64,000 nt of DNA from Callorhinchus milii (lineage: Eukaryota): positions 8,246,001 through 8,310,000 of the forward strand of contig NW_024704759.1 in assembly GCF_018977255.1 (NCBI RefSeq), read 5' to 3'. Each line of letters starts with the position of its first letter. The first letter of the stretch is position 1. Below, one piece after another: positions 35,210-44,810 of the stretch. The position numbers and the translations under genes were made by a program. The notes beneath the pieces are model-generated. The model saw only the letters and a program-made list of their open reading frames with translations. It made no database searches and had not been told where the DNA came from.

Positions 35210-38200
35210 TATCAGGCTAGGCCTGAGAGGAGACCAGAGAAAGGACGGAAAAAAGCCTGTGATTTTCCCTGTTTAGGGAAAACCGGGTTTAAATTTTTGC
35301 CTAGTCACGTGGAAAAAGAATAAGAGTGGGATGGTGAAAAAGAGGAGCGAGAAGACAGAGATTAGCTTGCAAGAAAGAGAAATAGAAAGTAAGGTGTATA
35401 AAAACACCAGATGGCATGGAACAAGAAGTAGGAGCGAAAATGGCAGGGAAGCTGAAAGCAGAAAAGTAGAATTGAGAGGAGGAATGGTAGCGGAGTCAAG
35501 AAAAGTGAAAGCAGAGGGAGGGAGGAGAAGGGGAAAGGAGAGAAAAATGGGACAGAGAAACTGGTGAGGAAAAGAGGAGAAAAGTGAGAAAGCTGCTGTG
35601 AAGCAAAGTGGGAAAATAGCAGAGAAGGTTAGAGCGGGGAGTGGAAATAAGATGGCGTAGGTTGAGATGGTCATGGAAGTGGAGCCAAAGACGGATGGTG
35701 GCAAAGATGTGATGGGAAGCTGTGAGGCTGCGGAGGTTGGCTCCAAAGTCACGGGAAGCTGTGGACTATTGGTGGGAGGCCCCAAAGTCTCGGTGGGAAG
35801 CCGTGGTACCACGGAGGTAGGTTGGGAAGCTATGGTGGGTAGCTGGGAGACTGCGGAGCCACAAAGTCACGGTGGGACCCAAAAGCATGACGGAAAGCAG
35901 AAAAGCCATGGAGAGCGGTGACGGGGAAGCAGGGGCGGTGGAGAGGAGAGGAGCGCTCAGAGAACGAGTCCTGGAGATCAACAAGAGCAAAGGGGAGGGA
36001 ATCCCAAGCACCAAGGAAAGCAGAAGGGAGAGAATCCTTACCGGAGAGGAGAGATTTTCTGCAAGAGAAACTGTGTTTTGGATTTACAAACACTACACAG
36101 TGTCAGAAGTGAAACGGAACCTGGAGTGAAATGGACTATGAGATTTAATACGGATTGAAAAGCAGAATGCCGAGAGAAGCAGAATTAAATGCCGTACCAA
36201 GGTATGTGCAGATTCCAAGACCGCTGAAGTTGGTTGGAAGTTTAAGGCACAATTGGCAACGGTTTGAAAGAGACTTTAAAACTTTTGGATTAGCAGCAAA
36301 CATAATGAAACTGCTGCAGGAACAGCAGTCAGTGATTTTTTTTGAACGTGGCTGGCAGGGAAGCAAAATAATATTTTGCAACCCTAGAAAGAGAGGTGGA
36401 TATGTGAATGAGATGATGACTATTATGATGGAAAGTTGCTGTGGGAAAAATAATGTGATAATTGACCGATTTAAGTTTGGAACAAGAACAACAACAACAA
36501 AATTACATTTGTAGAGCGCCTTTCAGGTCGGGAGGAAAACAAGGACCCATATAATCATTCAATCAGCCCTGAGATCCCTAAGTAAAAATTGCAATTACGG
36601 AACATTAAGAGAGAAAATGATATGGGACCAGATTTTAGTTGGCATAAAAGATAGTAAATTGAGAGGAAAGCATTTGGAAAAAAGGAATCTGACGTTAGAA
36701 TTAGCAATGGAGATAATAAGGATTGAAGAGGTGACAAAAATAAATATGAGAAACATGGAGAGAGAAACAGAAATGGAAATAGATGAACTAGCCAACAGAC
36801 AAAGTTGGAATGATACAGTTGAAGAGTATGGAGTGCAGAGAATATACAGGCCAAGAGGGAGGCTAAACACAATGGACAAATGTGGTAAATGCGGATTAGA
36901 ACATCCTATGAGGAGATGCCCGCAGAAGGAATGGAATGCTATCAATGCAAAAGAAATGAACATTATGCAAAATTGTGCAGCAATAGACCACAAGAAAACG
37001 TAGAGAGATATATAGCCGATATGAAGCACAAGAGAAAAGTCAAACAGAAAGAAGAGAGCACAAGAGGCCAAATAACCTGAGGAGAACCAGAATTGGGCAA
37101 ATTAGATCAAGGGGATATGAAAGGAAAATCAGCTCGAATATAGAATCCCAAGAAAGTGAACAAGGAGTACAATATTGATGCAGTGGAACTCATAAAGAGA
37201 CTACACACAAAAGAAACAAATGAGTAGATGGTTATCTATGGTGTATAAAAAAAGTAATTCATTGCAAATTAGATACGGGAGCACAGGTCAGTGTAATGGC
37301 ATGGGATGAATATATAAAATTGGGAGAACCAAATAAGGAAAAAAATGGAGAAAGGGAAAGGTGAATTAAAGGAATATAACAAAGCAAAAAATGAAGCAAT
37401 GGCAGAGTAGAGATAGAAGTGATCTACAAAGGGAGACAATATACAATAAAATTCTACACTGTAAAAATAAAAGCTGATACTTTATTTATTACTTTATTAT
37501 GACTGGAAGATATAATAAAAATGGGAATGTTAAAAGAATTGTGAATGTGAAAATAGTGGAAAGTGAACCAAGGGAAACGGAAGAAATAATAGGAAAATAT
37601 AAACAGGTATTCGGAAACAGAGGGTTAATGAAAGGAGATTACACAATAAGATTAGAAGAGACAGTAATTCAACCATTAAGGAGAGTACCAGAGGGAATGT
37701 AAAAAAGACTGACAGAAAAATTAGACCAAATGGAAAGGGACCAAATAAATAAAAAAGGTGGGCAAACCCACTGAGTGGGTGAGTGCAGTGGTAAAGCTAG
37801 AGAAACCAAATCATTACGGATATATTTAGATCCACAACAGTTAAACAGGGCTATGAAAAGGGAACATTATGCAATTCCCACTTTAGAAGATGTGCATGCT
37901 TTAATTGGCAAGTCAAATTTTCAAAGAATAGTATGTATTTGACAATGTTTATGACACGGTATGAGAGATATTGCTTCCAAAGAATGCCCTTTGGCATCAA
38001 GTCAGCACAAAAGGTGTTCCAGAAAAAAAATGTCTCAAATATTAGAAGAAATACCAGGGGTGATCAATTATATTGACGACATTTTGATATATGTCGAAAC
38101 ACGAAAGGACACGATGAAAGGTTGTAAAAGGTATTAAAATGTTTGGAAGAAAATATAAAAACTAAACAAAGAAAAATGCAGGACAGGAGTAAAGGAAGTA

Positions 38201-41200
38201 AAATACTTAGGGCATATAATTGCCCAAGAAGAGTGAAAAAATTGATCAGAAAAAGGTAATAGCAATAACAAAAATGCCCGCAATGATAGATTTAAAAAAA
38301 GGAGTAAAAAGGCTCATGGGAATGGTGAATTGGGTGGAAAGTTTTATTCCAAAATTAATTGAAATAATGGAGCTAATAAGGGAAAAAGCCAATAAATTCA
38401 TGTGGGAAAAAGAACAGAAAAAAAGCATTTCAGAAAATAAAAGGCTATAACAAAAGCTGCAGTATTAAAACTTTATGATGTACATGCGCCAGTTAAAATA
38501 TCTGTAGACAACAACAACAAAATTATATTTGTATAGCGCCTTTCACGTTGCTGAGCAAGGTACAACGTAAGTAAAACAGGGTTAGGAGTGGTACTAACTC
38601 AAGAAGATTGTAGCATATGCATTGGGAGTTCTATCAAAGACGCACAGATAGAGGAGTGTTTAGCAGTTGTATTTGGATGCGAGAGATTTAAACAATATGT
38701 ATTTGGAAAGAACAACAACAATTTGCGCTCTCAATGCAGTGTCGGGTCTCAGAGCGCTTAACAGTGGCGGAGTCTGACTCCGAGCCAAGGTCGGGGGGGG
38801 GTGGGGGTAAAGAGAGAGATAGTCGTAAGCACGGTTGAAGAGAAAAGTTTTCAGGCAGGACTTGAAAAAGGGGAGACAGGGGGCAAGGCGGAGGGATTGA
38901 GGGAGAGCATTCCAGAGTTTTGGGGTGTAGTGGCTGAAAGCGCGACTTTTGATGGTGGGGTGGAGGGTGCAAGGGATAAACAGGAGGCCGGTGCTTCGAG
39001 CAGAGGCGCCGGGTGGTGGAGTGAGGAGCTTGGAGAGGTAGGGAGATGTCAGGGAGTGAATGGATCTAAACAGTAGTGTGAGGAGTGTGAGAAGAAGATA
39101 ATAATAGAAAATGATCACAAACCATTAGAGGCAATTTTTTGGAAGGGGTTAAACGAAACACGGCCTAGGTTACAGAGAATGAGAATACGTCTTCAAAAGT
39201 ACAATTTAGAGTTTAGATGCAAGTCAGGAAATACCTTACGTGTGGCGGATACACTTAAGAGAGCCACATGTCAAAATGGAAACAAGGAGGATAAACAATT
39301 AGAAAAGGAAATGGAGTTCCAGGTATGGGACATCACAAAAGCAACACGGCTTGAGAATCAAATAATAGAAGCAAACCAAAAAAATAGTGTGAGTAAGGAA
39401 ATTCAAACGATGTTGAACAAAGGTTGGCCAGAAAATAGAAAATATTCACCAGGAGAGGTACGACCATATTATGAGTATAGAAATGAAATATATCAGAAAA
39501 AAAGGAATAATAGAGGGCATAGGACAATAATTCCAAGAGAATTAAGAAAAAGAAATGTTGACAAACTTACATGAAGGGCATTGGGGTATAGAAAAAGTGA
39601 AGAGAAGAGCAAGAGAAGTAGTATGTTGGCCGGGCATAAGTAAACAAATCGAGGACAACATAGGAAAGTGTGAGACATGTGCGAGACATCAAAACAGAGG
39701 AAGGCATGAACCTTTTGGTCATCAGAGACCAAACACTGCATGGACAAAAATAGGAATAGATTTGTTCTGTTATCATGGGAAAGATTATTCATTGATAGTA
39801 GACGATACCTCGAGGTACAGAGAATTTGCAGAATTAAATGATATAACTGCAGAAATAATAATAGGCAAGACTTAAGAAACATTAGCCAGGCATGGAATAC
39901 CAAGGGAATTAATAAGTGATAATGTGTCACAATTTGCGAGTGCTGAATACAGAAAATTCACAAAACAGTGGGACACAGACCACAGAACATCATCACCAGG
40001 ATATCCACAAAGTAATGGAATGGTGGAAAGAACAGCACAGACATTAAAGAAATTGTGGAAGAAAGCTGAGGAATCAAAGGAAGATAAATGTTTGGTATTA
40101 CTAGCCTACAGAAATACTCCGATAGATGACCAGGGACAGTTACCGTCACAGATTAAGAGATGGGTTAATATGGAAGGAAACTAAATTGAAACCACAGGTA
40201 CAGAGATAAAGGAATTGGAAGAAACAAGGGCAAGAGCCACAGAAGGAAAAAACTTTCAAAAAAGGAGAAGCCATATGGTTTCGGAGGAAAAACTTCCAAA
40301 CATAAGGATGGATAAAAGGAAAAATTTGAGGGAAGGATAAGAACACCAGATCATATTGAGTAAAAGATGAAAAAGGAAAGATATATAGACAAACATTTTG
40401 GGAGATCAAACAAAGAAAATACAGGAAGAAAAGGAAAAGCAGAAGGAAGGTCAAGTAGCAGCAGAAACGGTAAGAACAACCAGATGTGGAAAGAAATAAA
40501 AAGACCACAAAGAATGATAGAACAAGATTGAGAAAAAGGGAAGAGAAGAAACTAAAAGAAGGAAATGTTGCATATTGCTTTAAGACTTAATTGGCAATTG
40601 GACATTGACAATGAGAAGCAAGCAAGCAAGCATGAAAGGAGTCTGGGAAAGTGGCCGAGCAGATTGTGGACGAGAGTGGAAATGTAATGTTTAAATAAAG
40701 AAACTAGTGAATCAACTGTTTGGATTTACAAACATTGCAAGTGGGACAAACTGGCAAACTGGCTGCCGCACGCAGTTCACCACAGAATACACAGTCAATC
40801 TACTTTACGGTATGTCCTGTGAAGCGCTTTGAGATATCTTGACAATGTGATAAGGCAATATCAAACGCAAGGATTGTTATTTATCATTATTATTGTTACA
40901 CTGCCAACTCATTCATGGAATCATATTGATCTTCCCCACAGACGCCATGTGCAATGGTTTGTTTCATAGAATCAAGCGTAAAGTTAGAGGTTGTTACTTA
41001 ACTTACCCCTTTCTGCATAATGCTCCTCCTCTTTAATGCTCTGATTATCTAAAGGACTTTCCTGTGTAATGAACCATTTATGAGCAGGAGCAAGGCAAGT
41101 TCTAGGTTACTTTCTCCCCTTTTCTGAAATGCTGACATACGCTGAATATGCTTCCGGGAGCTACAAAAGGCATTTATGTGTGAATTGATCATGTCCTCAG

Positions 41201-42326
41201 CCAATGTGAAAATAATTCTTGCAGTTGCATTTCAAGTCAAAGTGCTTCACAGGAATTAATGTGAAATGTAGCGACTGTCTATTTTGTAGGAAAATATACA
41301 ATCACTTTCCTGCATGGGTCACTGAATAGCATTCAGAAGTGGGGAAAACTGGTTGTTTTTTNAACGTCTCCTTCAGCACTGGGATACTGAGGCTAATTTG
41401 TATGTCTTGGTTGAGATCTGATTAAGTCTGATTAAGAGGGAAAATGTGATGTTTCTACAATAACAAGAACAAAATGATCGGCCTTGAAGGAGGCAAGGGA
41501 GGAAGTGAGGCGAAGGGACCGTGGGATGGAGTCCCAGAGTGTGGGCGCAGAGAGGTTGAAAACACATAAACACGCACAATTGTGGCTAATTAGCCATAAC
41601 CATAAGATCACATGAGATGTTTGGATGGAGAAGGACCTTGAATTAATTTGATCTCATGTCTCAGGAAACTCCACCCTATCATGAGTCATGTCATAATAAT
41701 AAAAACAATCCTTGCATTTGAAAGAGCGCCTTATCACGCCTTCTAGATTTTTCAAAGCGCTTCACAGAATATACTGTAAAGTGAATTGACTGTATATTTT
41801 ATGGGCGAAAAGCGGCAGCCAATTGCGCACAGCAGTGCCCCACAAACAATTGTGGATTGAGTGACCAAATTATTATATTTTAACAAAAATTTTTGAAGGG
41901 GTTATTACCCCCAGAAAAGCGACTAACAACCGGGTTCCTGCTTACTGTTAGGTGAACAGAGTAATCTAAAGGTTTGCAATTTACGAGACAGTCATTCACT
42001 TGCTGTATGTGAAATAATCAGCCACAGTACGATTATTCAAGCTTGGCATCCTACCCTTCAAAGACAACATCTCAACGCCCACTTCCCAAGCGTTCCAGTT
42101 ATACGACGTCTGTATGACCCAGGTAGGTGCAAAGAAAATATAATTTTAGCAACTAGAGAGTAGAAACGGAACCCTGCAATAGCAAGAAGTAAACTGCACA
42201 GTCTGTTAACACTCACTCACCATTTCCTCTCCCGGAGTTTGCCCGTGACCATCCTGGCGTGACATGCCTTCTGTAAGGGTTCCCCTCCTCTGATTCTTGG
42301 CTCTTCTTCCATTGCTCAGGATCCAT
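19807..42326 (-). CDS. ZNFX1: NFX1-type zinc finger-containing protein 1 (SF1 RNA helicase / E3 ligase), 13 coding exons, 1965 aa
   Basis: Exons 42326-42221, 34799-32907, 32621-32490, 31886-31738, 29082-28939, 28109-27989, 27096-26837, 26449-26310, 25704-25550, 24217-24072, 23672-23562, 22915-22820 and 22251-19807 splice in phase (5898 nt). Motifs: [88 protein letters not shown]1 CxHxC repeats, [10 protein letters not shown]. Confidence 0.97.
22820..22915 (-). CDS. ZNFX1: ZNFX1 exon
   Basis: [32 protein letters not shown]. Confidence 0.95.
23270..23510 (-). mobile_element. CR1-type LINE 3' fragment
   Basis: Minus strand reads [18 protein letters not shown] / aatgactggaacaggctg, typical of CR1 3' ends; similar copies at 28270-28510 (+), 28520-28750 (-) and 43330-43620 (-). 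Confidence 0.6.
23562..23672 (-). CDS. ZNFX1: ZNFX1 exon
   Basis: [37 protein letters not shown]. Confidence 0.96.
24072..24217 (-). CDS. ZNFX1: ZNFX1 exon (Walker B, motif III)
   Basis: [49 protein letters not shown]. Confidence 0.96.
24378..25207 (+). mobile_element. L2 LINE 3' fragment
   Basis: [32 protein letters not shown]; tail ttttgttgttg. Confidence 0.9.
25550..25704 (-). CDS. ZNFX1: ZNFX1 exon
   Basis: LWLSAYQ...[24 protein letters not shown]. Confidence 0.93.
26040..26275 (-). mobile_element. Ancient DeuSINE (SacSINE1/AmnSINE1-like)
   Basis: tttaacatctcatccaaaggacagcacc..gcactgcattggagcatcagtctg..cccaaccttctgac..aactgagcc resembles the Deu domain plus tRNA head; relatives at 13140-13480 and 26695-26800; family name from memory. 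Confidence 0.6.
26310..26449 (-). CDS. ZNFX1: ZNFX1 exon
   Basis: [19 protein letters not shown]...[14 protein letters not shown]. Confidence 0.92.
26837..27096 (-). CDS. ZNFX1: ZNFX1 exon (acidic insert)
   Basis: [36 protein letters not shown]...PWE. Confidence 0.9.
27200..27600 (-). mobile_element. Old L2 LINE 3' fragment
   Basis: Degenerate match to the L2 3' end (ctggaactct../gcctgcttcatgtc). Confidence 0.6.
27989..28109 (-). CDS. ZNFX1: ZNFX1 exon
   Basis: [22 protein letters not shown]... Confidence 0.9.
28939..29082 (-). CDS. ZNFX1: ZNFX1 exon
   Basis: [48 protein letters not shown]; AG/GT boundaries. Confidence 0.9.
29170..31260 (-). mobile_element. L2 LINE fragment (about 2.1 kb, RT domain) inserted in a SINE
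   Basis: [32 protein letters not shown]; SINE parts at 29095-29169 and 31333-31628. Confidence 0.9.
31738..31886 (-). CDS. ZNFX1: ZNFX1 exon
   Basis: [31 protein letters not shown]...AYFE. Confidence 0.95.
32490..32621 (-). CDS. ZNFX1: ZNFX1 exon (end of Walker A, motif Ia)
   Basis: [14 protein letters not shown]...[17 protein letters not shown]. Confidence 0.95.
32907..34799 (-). CDS. ZNFX1: ZNFX1 large exon (disordered N-terminus, ARM-like region, start of helicase)
   Basis: Frame is open from the acceptor ccccag at 34800 through RKIGYK...[13 protein letters not shown]...IIQGPPGT; GTAATA donor. Confidence 0.95.
38711..39085 (-). mobile_element. L2 LINE 3' fragment nested in the Gypsy RNase H region
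   Basis: [19 protein letters not shown]; interrupts ...FKQYVFG / IENDHKPL. Confidence 0.88.
40566..40739 (+). repeat. Gypsy 3' LTR
   Basis: TG...CA ends; start matches 34993-35125 and end matches 36070-36097. Confidence 0.85.
41693..41960 (-). mobile_element. SINE (5'-truncated)
   Basis: Family tail and body. Confidence 0.8.
42221..42326 (-). CDS. ZNFX1: ZNFX1 first coding exon
   Basis: [35 protein letters not shown]; G|GTGAGT donor; phase 1 matches the next exon; acceptor just upstream of the ATG. Confidence 0.75.
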
Positions 42327-44810
42327 TGGGAACAATCTGCTGTACGTCACAGCACATTACGCCATTATATATCATTTCACTTTGACAACAAGAGTCGACA
42401 AAAGTCTTTGCCACCACATTCAGCAAAAAAAAAAGCAAGTTTCCAAAGCACTGTCAATTTGGATAACTTGCAGGTTTCCTAAAAATAAAAGTTTTTAAAA
42501 TTGAAATGTGTGCAATATGTGGTATGTTTTAAGAGTATATCAAAGATCTGTAGAAAAGATTTCTGGTGATAGTGGAAATAAACCCTAATTTGTTAGACCA
42601 CTACCTCGGAGATACCTGTCTGAGGGTGGAATCAAGCTAAAAGCTACGGACATATGTATTTATATGCATATCATTCCACCTCATGCTGCCAATGTATACC
42701 AGTGGGGCTATAACACCAGATTCTTGCTGGTAAAGGCAGTAATGTAAATGGTGGGATTGTGTGTAAATGGTGCTAAATAAAAGTGTCCAAATTAACTTTT
42801 TAGCAATTGGTATTAGGTAAAAGTTGAGATATTTCTTAACTCATCCTTTGTTAATTAGCGTAAGCAACGGGCTAAGAAGAAGCAATGAACATTTTACACC
42901 TTGTTGCTGTATGCAAATTGGCTGTCGCTTTCACCTACAAACACCCAGTCACTTTATTACACATTACAGTAAATAATATGAAGCGCTTTGAGATGTTTTG
43001 ACAAAATAATAAGGTGCTATAGCAAATGCAAGGATTATTATTATTAACATAATTTTTCTGCCTCCAAACCACAGCACTAAAACTGAACGATTTGTCCTCT
43101 TTCTTTCCCACTCCTCTAACTCGAGGGGTGAAATACAAGGAGTTTCATAAGTGATTTGAAATGACAATTATGACATTGAAGTGTAACTGTGCCTTCTGTG
43201 CAGGCATTTGGTCTCCTTATATTTGTTGCAATCGGGAGGTTTGTTCATTGATCTTGCCGCACCTTCATTCATTGCTGGAAGAACAGGGTTTTGACCCCGG
43301 TGAAACAGCCAATGTATTGTATAGCATTATACAGAATGAAGCAGACAGAAACAGACCATTCAGACCAACTCTGTGCAGTGGTTATCCTTCACAAGAGTCT
43401 CCTCCCATCCTAGTTGCCAATACTATACCCCTGTATTTCCTTTTCCATCTTAAAAACATTGATGCCATTTGCTTCAACCACATCTTCCAGCAGTGAGTTC
43501 CATATTCCCACTACCCTCTGTGTGAAAAAAATTCCTCCTGAAATCTCTTTTAGATCTACTAGCTAACTGTCTTACATCTACTCTCAGTCTGCAAAACAAG
43601 TGGAAACAGCCCATCAATGCCAGAAGAAACTGTTGAAGACAATTGGGGTGTTACGGTACATAACCCTTCATGATGTTGCTATTTTAATATTGCTCTTGTT
43701 TGATGTGCAGGAAGAAATCTTTATTTAGGCTTTTAGACTCTCGAACAGCAACTAGTCTATTTTTGAAACATGCTGCTCTGCGCACTCTGATTAGCACATT
43801 CGCTGTTGGGAACTAAATATTATTCTGCTCCATTTGCTAAGTTTCACAGTTAAAGAACCCCTCTTCCCCATGTCTGCCTCCTCCCTGGGACTGGTTGAGG
43901 CTGGCTTCAAATAATCAATGAGAGATTAATTATTAATTATTAATTAAATGCACAATTAGAACAATTGTTCGGTGGCACGGTTTGTGCTTGAAAGACAGTT
44001 TCAGTATTTGTGCCATTTCGAATTCCTAATCGTGAAGGGGTGGGGTGGGGGAGGGGATTCCTCAGAAAAAATAATTGAATAAATTGATGGGAGTTTCCAC
44101 CAATTTCCAGGCAGTGAAAGATTCAGAGCTCTTACTCACTTCCTGGTGGCTGGGTACAAAATGATTTTGGGCAATTACAAACCAGCACCAAGTGTCCACA
44201 AGTCAACGCAAACCAGCCCTGAATTCAGATGCAATCACACTCGGAGAGACCATATAGTGTCACACTGGTGCAGTACTATTGCTCTTTTGAGGTTGGGACC
44301 AAGCCCTTCATGGTAGAACACAGGGAGCTTTGCTCTGTATCTGAGCATCCCACAAATGTGAGTGCTTGACTCTGACACAGGATGTCAGAACTACGGATTT
44401 GCCAGGATTTCTATTTAAAACTAATGAAAATGCTGTACAATGAAACAAAATCCATCTTTCACACACAAACACACATTCTTCATTGCCAAACTGAATCAAT
44501 AAATCAAAGTTACACAATTGTTTGAGTAAATAGTCTCTCCTCAAAGGCCAGTAAGCTTCCTATGCATATAATTAAATCTCCAGAACTTGCTGTACTCGTA
44601 AATCAACTTTTACTTACAAAGGAAACATCCTGGAGTACACTACAGTAACTCTATAAAGAGTTTTCACCCTCCAACAATAACAGAATACAATTTCCTCCAA
44701 TCAAATTCACATTATTATTCAGAGAGGCTGTAACATGAAACAACGTTGACAAATTTTGTGTGCACAGCAAATGATCCCAAATGCAACTTAGAATTTGTCT
44801 TAATGAGGTC

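Larger units (their letters stand above)
34993..40739 (+). mobile_element. Decayed Ty3/Gypsy LTR retrotransposon in a ZNFX1 intron
   Basis: LTR-like repeats 34993-(36097) and 40566-40739; tRNA-Leu-type PBS cagtgtcagaagtg 36098-36111; Gag [17 protein letters not shown] and [17 protein letters not shown]; knuckles CGKCGLEH and [14 protein letters not shown]; protease LDTGAQV (about 37269); RT YIDDIL (38069); RNase H ...DHKPLE; integrase HEGHWG..CETC and [14 protein letters not shown]; PPT 40554-40565; TSD ggtgg/agtgg; many stops and frameshifts. Confidence 0.93.
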
